Below, piece by piece: positions 22,654 to 35,990 of a stretch of 64,000 nt of DNA. Positions within the stretch are counted from its first letter, which is position 1. The number at the start of each line of letters is the position of its first letter. Under the pieces are notes generated by a model. The model was not told where the DNA came from. It did not search any database and saw only the letters and a program-made list of their open reading frames with translations. Both the position numbers and the translations under genes were made by a program. The stretch is taken from positions 89,280,001-89,344,000 of the forward strand of contig OX597821.1 of NCBI GenBank assembly GCA_951406725.2, in the 5' to 3' direction. Source of the stretch: Octopus vulgaris (Eukaryota).

Positions 22654-23400
22654 ATATGAATTTATGGGTGATTTGCCAAATTGCTAATGTGAAATTTATA
22701 AATTAACAAAGGCAGCATTGCGCTGTATAAAACCAAAAGGCAATAATTCATTTGTCATTAATTGTAACTGAAGGTGCTGGGTAGCGTCTATATTGCTAGA
22801 AATAACAGTTAAAAAACCACCAGTGCCACGATAAAGCATATTTTCATATGCTGACAGGGGAGATAACCTCCCTACAGCTAGCAACACCACTATACCAGTA
22901 CAGTTTTGCTTGAAATTACAAGCTCATTAGTAGTGACTACTCCATTGCTGTCAGTAAATAAATTTGCCTTATGAATCTATGGTTGATTCAAAGATTCATA
23001 GATTATTTCTAGCAATATAGGTCCTACCCAGCACCCTGAGTCACAATTAGGGACAAATGAAATTTTCCCCTTTGGTTTTACATTGTGTATAGCTGTTTTT
23101 GTTGCTTTATAATTTTCACTTTAGCACTTTGCTAAATCAGCCACAGATTCGTAATAGTAAATAAATATACTGACAGTGAGGATTTAGCCAAACTATCCAG
23201 CGATGAGCTTATAATTTCAAGCAGAACTAGAGCAGTATAGTGCTTCTTTCCCATAGTATAGTTAGCTCCCCTGTCAATATATAAAAAATGTGCTTCATTG
23301 CATCTCTAAGGGGTTTTTCAAATCTTATTTCTAGATATATAGTGCTACCTGACACCATCAGTCACAATTACTAACAATTGAATTTTTCCTTTTTCATTTT
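22340..23400. mobile_element. Tandem plus inverted units of about 330-390 bp, each with a decayed type I HHR (retrozyme or Penelope pLTR-like)
   Basis: Direct copies (GGGGAGATAAC at about 22466 and 22857) followed by an inverted arm at about 23000-23395. HHR motifs on minus at 22498-22544 and 22886-22937, and a remnant on plus at 23201-23243. Confidence 0.65.
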
Positions 23401-23423
23401 ATATTACATATAGCTGCCTTCCT

Positions 23424-23465
<42 letters not shown>

Positions 23466-23533
23466 ATAGATAGAGAGATAGATAGATAAATAGACAGATA
23501 AATGAATAGATGGATGGATAGATAGTTGTATAT

Positions 23534-23944
23534 AGGCGCAGGAGTGACTGTGTGGTAAGTAGCTTGTTTACCAACCACATGGTTCCGGGTTCAGTCCCAC
23601 TGCGTGGCACCTTGGGCAAGTGTCTTCTACTATAGCCTCGGGCCGACCAAAACCTTGTGAGTGGATTTGGTAGACGGAAACTGAAAGAAGCCTGTCATAT
23701 ATATGTTTATATATGTATGTTAGTGTATGTTTGTGTGTCCGTGTTTGTCCCCCTAGCATTGCTTGACAACCGATGCTGGTGTGTTTATGTCCCCGTCACT
23801 TAGCGGTTCGGCAAAAGGGAGCGATAGAATAAGTACTGAGCTTACAAAGAATTAGTCCCGGGTTCGAGTTGCTCGATCAAAGACGGTGCACCAGCATGGC
23901 CGCAGTCAAAATGACTGAAACAAGTAAAAAGAGAAAAAGAGAGA
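23534..23944 (+). mobile_element. SINE family A
   Basis: Full-length match. Confidence 0.9.
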
Positions 23945-24006
<62 letters not shown>

Positions 24007-24066
24007 ATATATGTATATATATATGTATATATATATATATGCATATATATATGCATTTATATACAT

Positions 24067-24105
<39 letters not shown>

Positions 24106-24589
24106 CATATATGTATATATGTATGTATGTATATATCTCTGTATATATACTTTCGTGTATATATACCCATATATACATATGTACATACCATCACATTTAT
24201 AAATGCATACATGTGTATATACATATACAATCACACGCACATACATATGTGTCTGTGTTTCTGTGTGTTTGTGTACATGTGCATATGTGTGTGTGTGTGT
24301 GTGTAAACATACACGTTCATACATTTGTTGTTAAATATTTCTATGGGAAGAAATCTTCAACTTGAAATAGAAATTGCCGAAGGTTATCGTTAGTTTGATC
24401 TCAGAACATGGTAAATGATTGCACCCTCTCCACCACAACTATCACATCCACCCACATAATCCATTAACCTTTCTGTTTCTTTGCAACCATCAACCACCAT
24501 CGACCACTCTCAACCACTAGCACCAATTCTAGACTGGTTTTAAAGATTTATTGCTTAACTGTGGCAGTGATGATGCAGAAATCAGGATT

Positions 24590-25505
24590 ACATTGTTGTC
24601 ATTGGTGGTGGTGGTGGTGGTGGTGGTGGTGGTGGTGGTTGTGATGGTGGTGATGGTGGTGGTGATGTCAGTGGTATTGGTGATGGTGTTAGTGCTAATA
24701 CTATTAGTGAAGATGGTCATGAGAATGAAGATATTGGAAATGATGGTGTATTGATGGTAGTAGTGGTTGTGGTGGTGTTGATGGTGTGGTAGTGATGTTG
24801 GTGTTGTTATTAATGGTATGGTGGTGATCGTGGTACTGGCAGTGGTAATGGTGGTAGTGGTGATGGTGTTGGTGGTGCTGTTGGTGGTGATGGTAGTGGC
24901 TGATATGTTGGTAGTGGTGGTGGTTGTGGTGGAATGGTGGTTGTAGTAGGGAAGGTAGAGGTGTTGCTGATAGTGGTTTGGTGATGGTAGTAGTGGTAGT
25001 AGAAGCGGTAGTGGTGATTGTGGTGGTAACAGTTGAAGTTGTGATGATTATGGTGGTATTGTAGGTGATGGTAGTAGCAATAGTATTAGTAATAAGAACT
25101 GTGGTGGTGGTGGTGGTGGTGGTGGTGGTTGTGGTGGTACTGTTGCTGATGCTAGTAGTGTTGGTAGTGCTATGTGATCCGGTTTAGTGTGATGGTAATA
25201 CAGTCTGGATGTTCTGGTGCTGGCAGTGAATGGCATGGGTAGCAGTTCTTTGGTGGTAGTCTTGACTGTACTGATGTTATGGTAGAGGTAATATTGGTGT
25301 TAGAGTAGTGGTGGTAGTTCCAATAGCTTTGACGATTGTTAGTCAACAAGTTGCTGTGAATGTAGTATAACTGTGGTTATTTGCTACTAGAGGTGGTGGT
25401 GGTGGCGGCAGCGGTGGTGGTGTTGGTGGCAGAGGTGGCAGTGGTGGTGATGTTGGGGGGACAAACATAGGTGGTGTTTGTGGTTGTGGTTGTGGTTGTG
25501 GTGGA
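24590..25505. repeat. Degenerate (GGT/GAT/AGT)n low-complexity tract
   Basis: Direct reading. Confidence 0.85.
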
Positions 25506-25617
25506 AGGAATATGATTTAGTATAACAGAGATGGGACTCTGTCGAAGTGGTGGGCATTAAACATTGAAAGTTAAAAGTTTGTGAATGGGGGAGATGATTG
25601 CTTCTACTATTAATCGT

Positions 25618-26027
25618 AGGCGTAGGAGTGGCTGCGTGGTAAGTAGCTTGCTTACAAACCACATGGTTCCGGGTTCAGTTCCACTGCATGGCACCTTGGG
25701 CAAGTGTCTTCTACTATAGCCTCAGACTGACCAAAGCCTTGTGAGTGGATTTGGTAGACAGAAACTGAAAGAAGCCCGTTGTATATATATATATATATGT
25801 GTGTGTGTGTATGTGTGTGTGTGTTTGTGTGTGTCTGTGTTTGTTCCCCCAACATCGCTTGACAACCGATGCTGGTGTGTTTACATCCCTGTAACTTAGC
25901 AGTTCAGCAAAAGAGACTGATAGAATAAGTACTAGGCTTAAAAGAATAAGTCCTGGGTTTGATTTGCTCAACTAAAGGCGGTGCTCCAGCATGGCCAGTC
26001 AAAATGACTGAAACAAGTAAAGAGTAA
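25618..26027 (+). mobile_element. SINE family A
   Basis: Full-length match. Confidence 0.9.
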
Positions 26028-26279
26028 ATGAAATGAAGGTAGGTATGCTGGCAGTATTAGTTAACAGGTGACAGTAAATACTAATTAGATACATCCTTCT
26101 TCAGAAGGCCCATCCACATTTGAGAAAATGTACCCTAACACAATGGTGGAGATTAAGCAGTTTCAATATACACATATGGGTGTGTGTGTGTGTTGCACTC
26201 CTTGATGAAAAGGATTAGCCTACAAGAGCCCTCTGCAGTGTCAGGTGAAAAGTACATGTACTGCTGCCATCTAAATGTG

Positions 26280-26466
26280 TCAGTGCCACGTAAAAGTACC
26301 CAGCTCACACTGTAAAGTGGTTGATGCTAAGAAGGACATCCAACCATAGAAACCAAGTCAAATGAGTCTAGAACCTGGTGCAGCTCTCCTGCTTGCCAGC
26401 TCTGGTCAAACCTTCCAATCCATGCCAGCCTGGACAATGGACATTAAAAGACGATGATGAAGATGA
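26280..26466 (+). mobile_element. Family E, diverged
   Basis: GTGCCACGTAAAAGTACCC..AAGAAGGACATCCAACC..GGACATTAAAAGACGATGATG. Confidence 0.7.
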
Positions 26467-26811
26467 TATACGATCTAGGTATGACTTCAAACTGCAAACT
26501 CTCTTTCACTTTCAAACAATGTCAGTGTGCAAAAATATTAATCATCTTCAATGATGACTAGATGGTCTTGGACACTTAGAATGATGAACATGCAACTCTT
26601 CCTTCCACCATTTATCACACTGACCACCAATCACACCAATGGCCTCACTCTCTAACTCTTACTTCATGCTCTCTCTCCATACCAACCAGTGTTTACTTGT
26701 CTTTCATCTTTCACAACTCGCATTTCATTCCTTAAATGCGTATAATACAGCATGTATGAGTAATCTAAAGACCATTCAGAGAGAAAGCTTTTATAATATT
26801 TCTCTTGTAAA

Positions 26812-27030
26812 AAGGCAGTGAGCTGGCAGAATCATTAGCACACTGGGCAAAATGCTAAGCAGTATTTTGCCCATCACTACATTCTGAGTTCAAATTCTGC
26901 CAAGGTCGACTGTGCCTTTCATCCTTTTGGGGGTTCAATAAATTAAGTACCAGCTGCATACTCGGGTCGATCTAATCGACTAGCCCCCTCGCCAAACAAT
27001 TTTGGGCCTTGTGTCTCGAGTAGAAAAGAA
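26812..27030 (+). mobile_element. SINE family B, alternative tail
   Basis: Same head and core, tail CTAATCGACTAGCCCC..GGGCCTTGTG..GTAGAAAAGAAT. Confidence 0.85.
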
Positions 27031-27735
27031 TATATCTCATGTAAAATTTTCTGAAAAAGCGGACCTAATTTGTGAGCTTCATAACTCAAAAATTCATTGA
27101 CTATTTCGTTTTATTTATTCTATTTCAATTTTTCCTATAATAACAGCAGAGACTAATTGCAATGCAAAACATAAAAACGTAATGAAGAACAGCATGGATG
27201 CTATTAAGAAATTTTTTCAATAAACATAATATTGGGCATTTAAAAACTATATGATATATTAAATAACATCGCATTGTATATGATAATATTTAAACAAAAT
27301 TCAATAACTTTTTATTTCAGATTTTACCTATAATAATGGTAGTTTTGAGACTAGTTCTTTAATTGATTTATGAGATATTTTTTTATTGTTTTCAGAACAT
27401 CGTTTTAATATATTAATGAATAAAATAAGTTGTTTTACAAAACCATTTTAAATCCACAATTATTTTAGAATTAAATTAAAGCTCAGAGGGGTGTATTTTA
27501 CTTATGAATATAGTTACTAACTCGTTAAATCAAATTTCTGATCATTATTAAATTTTGAATTGACTTTCTGTTTTTAAGTTAGTTATTCAAAATTTGAAAG
27601 TTGGGTAATGACTGGAAGAACATGATCACAAATACAAGTAGCTGAAATGGTACCCCTACAAAGGGTCCCTTGAGCAGCATATATATATATGTGTGTGTGT
27701 ATGTGTGTATGTATATATATATATATATATATGTA

Positions 27736-27979
27736 GCACATAAAAAGCACCATCCGACCGTGGCCGTTTGCCAGCCTTGTCTGGCACCTGTGCAGGTGGC
27801 ACGTAAAAAGCACCCACTACACTCACGGAGTGGTTGGTGTTAGGAAGGGCATCCAGCCGTAGAAACATTGCCAGATCAGACTGGACCTGGTGCAGCCTTC
27901 TGGTTTCCCAGACCCCAGTTGAACCGTCCAACCCATGCTAGCATGGAAAGCAGACGCTAAATGATGATGATGATGATGA
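27736..27979 (+). mobile_element. Family E: RTE-type 3-prime end with (GAT)n tail
   Basis: GGCACGTAAAAAGCACC, GTTAGGAAGGGCATCCAGCCGTAGAAAC and GACGCTAAATGATGATG. Confidence 0.8.
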
Positions 27980-28370
27980 TATATATATATACTACTGCCC
28001 AGAGTTTCACATTTCCATTTGTCAATCTAAACTGTTATGAACAGGACCATGAAACTCTGAGTAGAAGTATTTTGGGGGTATTTCTGTGATGTTTTTGCAG
28101 CTTTAATAATAATAAGGCATATTACTCTACCTCCAGTATCTGAGTACTATTTTTTTCTCACCTTGTTTCACATTTGTGTGCTTACTTTTGTAAAGCATGG
28201 CTGTGCGATAAGAAGCTTTCTTCCTAACTACATGGTTCCGGGTTCAGTCCCACTGAATAGCATCTTGTGCAAGTGTATTCCACTGTAGCCTCGTGCTGAC
28301 CAAAACCTTGTGAGTAGGTTTGATAGTGAGAAACTGAAAGAAGCCTATTGTGTGTATGTCTTTCAAAATG

Positions 28371-28571
28371 TGACCTCATGTGTACCGTTGGCGATTTTTT
28401 TCCCTCTGTCTTCCCTTCTCTCGATCTTTCCTTCTCCTATGTTTCCGACGAAGAGCACTGCTCGAAACGTTAAACCCTCCTTCTTCCCTTCTTTCCTGAG
28501 CATCCAATAATACTATATTTGTTCCACGTCCTCGCGTTGTAGTGTTTTTTTTTGTGTTTTCTTGTTTGGAT

Positions 28572-28573
<2 letters not shown>
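28371..28573 (+). mobile_element. Short Penelope-derived element with a minimal HHR, nested in the microsatellite of a SINE
   Basis: Second copy of 17655-17855; interrupts the SINE family A copy at 28194-28813 and ends at (TA)n. Confidence 0.75.
28441..28475 (+). ncRNA. Minimal type I hammerhead motif (Penelope type)
   Basis: GTTT-CCGACGA-A-GAGC-act-GCTC-GAAA-CG-TT^AAAC; helix I GTTT/AAAC, helix II GAGC/GCTC. Confidence 0.65.
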
Positions 28574-28607
<34 letters not shown>

Positions 28608-28820
28608 TATATATTTATGTGTGTGTACCTTTGTGTCTCTGTTTATTCCCCCACCATCACTTGACAACCAATGTTAGTGTCCCTGTAAAGTAGTAGTTCG
28701 GCAAAAGAAACTAATAGAATAATTACTAGGCTTATGAAGAATAAGTCTTGAGGTTGATTTCTTTGACTAAAGGCAGTGCTCCAGCATGGTTGCCGTCAAA
28801 TGACTGAAAAGAGTATATAT

Positions 28821-29625
28821 ATCAGGTCATTAAGAATGAAGTATCTGATTTTGAACTGAAAGTTTATTTTACTTCATCGCAACAAAAAGCAATACAGTTA
28901 ATCAAAGTATACACCTAAAATCTCAACACAATTTTGCCATTTTATCAATAGCTTATTTTTGCCAGCAGCAAAGAATTCTGGAGAGCAAGAGGTGATGAAA
29001 TCATGAAAGTTTGTTTTTCCCTCTTCTTGAGATTTAAAGTTTTTTCCTTGCAAAAAGTTGTCTAATGCCTGCAAAATGTGATAGACAGTTGGTGCAAGGT
29101 CTGATGACTATGGTGGATGACCGAGTACTTCTAAGTTCGGTTCTTGTAACTCAAGTAGCATTCTTTGTCAACGTCTGGTCAAACAGTGCCTTACAAGAGA
29201 ATTGACATGTCTCTATTGACCAATTTCGGTTGTTTAATTGCAAGTTCTCTTATCATTTTATCCAATTGGTTGATGTATACATCAGTTGTAATTAACTCAC
29301 CAGGTCTCATCAAGCTGTAGTGGATAATACCAGCACTGGAGCACCAAACAAACACCATTAGCGTTTTTTGGTGAAAATTCTCTTTTGGATTGTATTTTGG
29401 CACTTCATCTCAATCCGACCACCGTGTAGAATGCTTGCTATTGTTGAAAAGAATCCATTTTTCATCACACATAACAATATGATGCAAAAATGGTTCGTTT
29501 TTGAGCTATGACAGCAAAGAACAGCATGTTTCAAGACAACTTGTCTTTTGATGTTCGTTCAGTTCGTATGGTACCCACATGTCTGGCTTTTTTACCTTGC
29601 TGATTTGTTTCAGATGGTTCAATAC
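28821..29625 (-). pseudogene. Mariner transposase relic with 3-prime TIR
   Basis: WVP.EL, FLHHIVMCDEKWILF, HQKTLMVFVW..GIIHY and DLAPTVYHI motifs, degenerate. Confidence 0.85.
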
Positions 29626-29629
29626 ACTC

Positions 29630-29974
29630 AGAATCAAAACTGCCCAGACTGCAACAGTCTTGATTATTATGTGTGAGGCACAGTTGAGTGAAAGACCAAC
29701 AAAACTCCTTGTAGCACCAATGATGAACCGAAGGCAAGGATTATGATAGCATTCACCAACTTAAACAAGGAGACCATCCAAAAGAGTTGCAGGAGAATCT
29801 GAAGTCGTCTGGAGGCTGCCGCTGAAGCCAATAATACTTTTATTGAATAAATTTACTCTTTAGTATTTCAAGATATTTTTATGTAATTTTGGTAAATATA
29901 TCTGTTCAAATGAGATATCAGTGTTTTTTTCATTTTTGTGTAACTTAGATTATAGTTTATTCACCACACTCTGT
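29630..29974 (+). pseudogene. maT/DD37D-like transposase C-terminal relic
   Basis: PDCNSLDYYV.GTVE.KTNKTPCST..KARIMIAFTNLNKETIQKSCRRI.SRLEA..FIE-stop, then a CTGTA end. Confidence 0.7.
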
Positions 29975-30004
29975 ATGTGTGTGTGTGTGCATATATATAT
30001 ATAT

Positions 30005-30215
30005 ATTTCTTTACTACCCACAAGGGGCTAAACACAGAGGGGGCAAACAAGGACAGACAAACGGATTAAGTCGATTACATCGACCCCAGTGTGTAACTGG
30101 TACTTAATTTATCGACCTCGAAAGGATGAAAGGCAAAGTCGACCTCGGCAGAATTTGAACTCAGAACGTAACGGCAGACGAAATACGGCTACGCATTTCG
30201 CCCGGCGTGCTAATG
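30005..30215 (-). mobile_element. SINE family B
   Basis: Matches 8207-8439, head slightly truncated. Confidence 0.9.
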
Positions 30216-30409
30216 TTTATATACACACACATATGTACACACATACGCACACACAAATATATATATATATACCCACACATATATATATGTGATTGTGTAT
30301 TTGTTTTGTCAACCCACAGCTTAACAGCCAGTATTAGTTTCTTTATGTCCTCATAACTTAGCAGTTCAACAAAAGGATCTTTGGAATAAGTTTCAAGCTT
30401 AAAATACAT

Positions 30410-30795
30410 ACTGGCTATGTGGTAAGCAGCTTGCTTACGAACCACATGGTTCCAGGTTCAGTCCCACTGTGTGGCACCTTGGGCAGGTGTCTTCTACTAT
30501 AGCCTCGGGCCGACCAAAGCCTTGTGAGTGGATTTGATAGAGAGAAACTGAAAGAAGGCCGTCGTATATATGTATATATATGTGTATGTTTGTGTGTCTA
30601 TGTTTTTCCCCCCAACATAACTTGGCAATCGATGCTGGTGTGTTTACATCCCTGGAACTTATCAGTTCAGCAAAAGAGACTGATAGAGTAAGTACTAGGC
30701 TTACAAAAGAATAAGTCCTGAAGTCGATTTGCTCAACTAAAAGTGGTGCTCCAGCATGGCCACAGTCAAATGACTGAAACAAGTAAGTAAAGAGT
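30410..30795 (+). mobile_element. SINE family A
   Basis: Near full-length; preceded by an older 3-prime fragment at about 30290-30405. Confidence 0.9.
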
Positions 30796-31136
30796 ATACA
30801 GGTTTCAGTTTGTTCAACTACTGCTCTAAGGTGGTCACGTCTTAATGATGGAATCAAGTAAAAGGGTCAAAAGGAAATGAAAGATCACTTATTATTTTCC
30901 TTGGCTTTCATCTTTATATCTTATCCCTCCAAGGCTGAACAGAAAGAAATGATGCTAGAGCTGTGAAATCTTGCATGCATTAATTTCAAATCTTTTTTAT
31001 TAATAACTGCATTGTTTATTTCCAGGTACATTAAGATTTGATTAGTCAAAGAAGATTTCAAATGTAGCAACTTTTCTTGAAATTGGATGCAATTTGGCAT
31101 TGTGTGTTACAGTATCAACAGAAAAAGGCTTTTTTA

Positions 31137-31358
31137 AGGCAGAAAGCTGGCAGAAAAGTTAGCTCACCAGGTGAATTGCCTAGCGGTATTTTGTCTGCTG
31201 TTACGTTCTGAGTTCAAATTTTGCCGAGGTTCGTCATTTAGGGGTCAATAAATTATGTACTAGTTATGCACTGGGGTTGATCTTATCGACTTAATCCCTT
31301 TGTCTGTCCTTGTTTGTTCCATCTATGTTTAGCTCCTCGTGGGCAATAAAGAAATAAG
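31137..31358 (+). mobile_element. SINE family B
   Basis: Diverged full-length copy. Confidence 0.85.
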
Positions 31359-31626
31359 AAAAAGGCTTCAGCCCTCAAGAGCATTCATGCTGACATGGTT
31401 GATACAGTAGGGGTGATGCTCCTGCTTTATCAACAGTGCAAAAGAGGACTGCTGAATATAGGATGGGAAGAGAGATTCTTGAATTTGACCCAAGTTCTGG
31501 ACACCCTGCAGCTGCTTCTAGCAAGGAAAACACTGATATGTTCACCACATGGTGATGAACGACAGGCAATTGACAATAAATCAAATAGCCAATACTTTTA
31601 GCATATCCTATGAAAGAGTTGAGAAT

Positions 31627-32029
31627 AGGCATAGTAGTGGCTGTGTAGTAAGTAGCTTGCTTACCAACCACATGGTTCCAGGTTCAGTCCCACTGCATGG
31701 CACCTTGGGCAAGTGTCTTCTACTATAGCCTCTGGCTGACCAAAGCCTTGTGAGTGAATTTGGTAGACGGAAACTGAAAGAAGCCCGTTGTAAATATATA
31801 TATATGTATGTATGTGTATATGTTTGTGTGTCTGTGTTTGTCCCCCTAGCATTGCTTGACAACCGATGCTGGTGTGTTTATGTCCCCGTTACTTAGTGGT
31901 TCGGCAAAAAAGACCGATAGAATAAGTAGTAGGCTTCCAAAGAATAAGTCCTGGGGTCGATTTGCTCGACTAAAGGCGGTGCTCCAGCATGGCCACAGTC
32001 AAATGACTGAAACAAGTAAAAGAGAGTAA
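31627..32029 (+). mobile_element. SINE family A
   Basis: Full-length match. Confidence 0.9.
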
Positions 32030-32320
32030 AAATATTCTGCACAATGAACTTGGCATAAGGAAGATTTCTGCTCAGTGGGTGCCACATCTTCTGACACCTG
32101 ATCAAAAGCACACAAATCTGACCACATCATGGGATGATTTGACTTTGTCCAAGGCAGTTCTAGCTGGTTTCCTTGAACATTTTCTGATCCAGGATGAGTA
32201 TTGGCTTCATCACTTTGATCCAGAGACAAAGTGACAATCCATTCTGTGGAAACATCCCACTTCACCTGCTCTAAACAAAGCCAAGGTTGTTTCATGTGCA
32301 GGGAAGCTGATGGCCTCAGG
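32030..32320 (+). pseudogene. Mariner transposase fragment (irritans-like)
   Basis: ILHNELGIRKISAQWVPHLLTPDQK and QDEYWLHHFDPETK.QSILWKH..AGKLMAS. Confidence 0.85.
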
Positions 32321-33074
32321 GTAATATAATACAATCCTTGATATACACTATGTTTGAAGAAATATGGAGAATTCTGGTTGGAACACTTGGACCAAGGTAG
32401 ACTTGGTGTTAAACAACAATAGTAATTTCACCACCATCACCAGCACCATCCCATGAGCCAACAAAGGAGTCACTGGATTATCATTCAATTTGCTAGAAAT
32501 ATTAACCAAATCTGTCTCAATCATACTCTATACTATCTAGAAAAGAAGGACCTATTAGATGATATATTTCAAGGTAAAACTATGTCAGAAAAAAAAGATG
32601 TGATTGTCTCTCCTTGAACATCTTTGAGGACAGGTTAGCTCAGTTAGTGATGATTTGGTGCTAAAAGACAACAACCAACCTCATCAATCTGGGAGACCCA
32701 AGAAAGAGTCCAGGTGCAGTACCATTGTCTCATTTAAGACATATATATTTGGCCCTGAGTACAAGAAACAAATAGTTGATCAGTGTATATTATTTAGAAC
32801 TTAGAATTAATACTTTTATACACAACAGCTTTTATTAATCAGAAATTGAGAGATATCAATTTGAAATTAAAATCATATTTAGGCATCGAGTGGAAGGATA
32901 GATCCTGGGACAATCGCCTGTGGGGAAGAAAGAGAAAATCCATATCTGGATATTAATAATTCTAACCTCAACAATAGATAGTAGTACGACACTTGTGATA
33001 AAATGATTATGATATTCATTGGTGAGAGAATGGATGTTGTAGAAAGAGAAATAGAGAGGTAGAGAGATAGGGAG

Positions 33075-33125
<51 letters not shown>

Positions 33126-34913
33126 AAGGAGACAATGACAGGAGATAAATGTTATATATCTATATACAAAGAGGAGCTGTGATCTCTGCCCATATATAGA
33201 TATATATTAACACACACACACACACACACTCACACATGCATGCAGCCATATATGCACTCACAAATATATACATATAGCATATGCATATTCACACACACAC
33301 ACACACACACAACAAATATATTCACACATGCATATGCACATCCATACACACACATATGCACACGTAAAGTATAGGTAAATCATTGTTTTTAGTATGTTGT
33401 TTGCGGCAGTTTGCCAATTACGGTGTGCAAATGTGCAGAAAATGCATATGCTTCTTGTTAGCATATGCCTATATAATAGATAAACCGATAATTCATGGTA
33501 TATTGGATAATATTAACAAACAATGTAACCGATATCCAAAATCTTTCTGACCAACACCCCAATCCTATTCCCTCACTCCCTACATCCCCCCACTCACACA
33601 ATGGTGTAATTCTTGGGTATATTCTTGGATATATCAATCCATGCAGAAATGGGCTGTTGTGTGTTCTGCATGTGCGTAGTTACTGGCTTAGTTTTTGTTG
33701 TTTTATCCATAAGGAAGTATTTACAGATTTTAGAGTGTCGCAGCATGATTGTTCTGAGTTCTATAGACATTGTTGGTTGGCTTGTAGGTTGGCTTGTTGG
33801 TCGGTGGGATTATTTTCTTTCTTCATTTCTAAGTGGAAGATGTTTTCACTTCACTTACAACAACACACTACTAATGTCTTTGGGAAAGACGACAGCGTTG
33901 TCAGAAACTTCCATTTACTCTTTCACTTTCAAATATGCTTCAAATTCTTTATAACTACCTGGAGGAGACAACATCCTTTCAGCCTATTTTCCTTGATATT
34001 CACTGATACCACTATAATGAAATCACGTTTCCTGCTCCTCATATTTGCTATTGATTCTTAGTGTCAACAAGCAGAGTTTGCATAGTTTTGTTGGATTACT
34101 TTCAGGTCAGGGAACTTCAGAATTTCTCATGTGTCTTTGGGGAGCTTTGGCAGCTCAAGATAAACTTTACAGGTATGGCTGGCTACATTGAAGCCACTAG
34201 CAATCACACCTGACTGAAATACATGCAGGGTGTTGAAAATATATGAGGTATGCACAAATTGGTTCTGGTGAAGGTGGTTTCATGAGAAATGTAATTGACC
34301 CCAATCATGCTAAGGGCAGTGCAATAAATTGGAAAGTGTGGAATAACATCATCACCAGGGTCCAACCTTCTCCTTCAATCGTCAGCTAAGGATTCAAGAG
34401 AAGAAAAGAGAGGCCACGCAAGTGATGAAGGAAGATGTGGGACTCGGCTGTGTTCAGTCCTCACTCTCTCTCACCTAGGTCACTTGTTAATGATGTGCTT
34501 GTGTCAATGAATTTGCATGTATTTTCCTCCTTTCTTCTCGTATGTTGGTTGATTGTAAACAAATAGTATAACAACAGTGCCTTGCCTATAACAGCTGAGT
34601 ACAGAAGTCCAAAATTAACTGTGCAAGTGTCTCGAATATAGAAACCAGACACTTGGTTGGAGCTGGATTCAATGTTACAAAAAGAAATCTTTCCACATGT
34701 TTTTAATTTGTAATTTGTTATTACGGAGTGGAATGTGCAATGGCCTCAGCAGACAAGGTGTTGCCATGGAGGATGGAAAGAGGGGTTTGCTGGAACTGCC
34801 ACTCTGAAAATTCAGAGTGGGAAATTCTCCAAAGGTAAAAAAGCAAGCTAGCAAGCATGGAAAAGTTGATGCCAAAGTGATGATGATGATGAGGATGAGG
34901 ATGAGGGTGATGG

Positions 34914-34950
<37 letters not shown>

Positions 34951-35342
34951 AATGGTGGTGGTGGTGGTGATGATGATGATGGTGATGATGATGGTGGTGG
35001 TGGTGGTGATGTTGGTGATGATGGTGGTGGTGATGATGTCAATGATGACTACGAGAATGACGACGACGATGAGGAGGAGGAGGAAGAAGAGGAAAATATT
35101 GAGACAATCAGAAGTGCTTATCAACAACTTCCAGTGTCAGCATACTTGCTGCAAAACTTATTGATGACTCTTATTTAAAAGGTCAAGTCTTCCACATACG
35201 CACCTCTCTACTGTTTGTACTCTCTCGCTAAAATTAGGAATCATTCTTATTAATATTAGTCTTAGCATCAGAATGATAGAAGAGAAATATCAGTAGGATA
35301 GTGGACAAAATAGCTCTGATCCTACTAGAGTTGAATCACATA

Positions 35343-35685
35343 ATCATCATCATCATCATCATCATCATCGTTTAACGTCCGTTTTCCGCGCTAGCATGGG
35401 TTGGACGGTTCGACCGGGGTCTGCAAAGCCAGGGGCTGCACCAGGCTCCAGTCTGATCTGGCAGAGTTTCTACAGCTGGATGCCCTTCCTAATGCCAACC
35501 ACTCCGTGAGTGTAGTGGGTGCTTTTTACGTGCCACCTGTATAGGTGCCAGGGGGTCCGGCATTGGCCACGATTGGTTGGAGCTTTTAACGTGCCACCAG
35601 CACGGAAGCCAGCCAAGGTGGCGCTGGCAACGGCCACGTTCGAATGGTGCTTTTTATGTGCCACCGGCACAGAAGCCAGTCGCCT
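35343..35685 (-). mobile_element. Family E
   Basis: Reverse complement of 27736-27979 with extra internal units. Confidence 0.8.
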
Positions 35686-35744
35686 TGATAAATGAAAGTA
35701 CCAAACAAAAAAGAAATTTAGTGTTGTGTGTCTGAAAGCTCATT

Positions 35745-35990
35745 ATTCCAGAGCTTATCCTGGTTTCTGCTGCATTATATGAGTGAGAATACAAGAATTC
35801 CCCTGGATAAGATATCAGTCCATCAAAACATTAATCTCCAGCTACTGGAAAATATGCACAGCTGAGCAAATTGCAACATCAAAGTGAAAAGCTTTTCTCC
35901 AAGAACACAATGTACCATTCAGTCTGAGAATTGATCCCTCAACCTTCAAATAACGATTTCATGACCTTAACCACTTGGCCGATTACCTTC
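35745..35990 (-). mobile_element. Old SINE, decayed
   Basis: CCTTAACCACTTGGCC (A box, reverse complement), GAATTGATCCC and CCAAGAACACAA core-like motifs. Confidence 0.45.

Larger units (their letters stand above)
28194..28813 (+). mobile_element. SINE family A, split by a Penelope-derived insert
   Basis: 5-prime half 28194-28360, 3-prime half 28615-28813. Confidence 0.85.

Noticed and set aside
33495-34061. 188-aa ORF, the longest non-repetitive one
   Set aside because: No recognisable domain, composition typical of chance AT-rich ORFs, and no clear splice signals.
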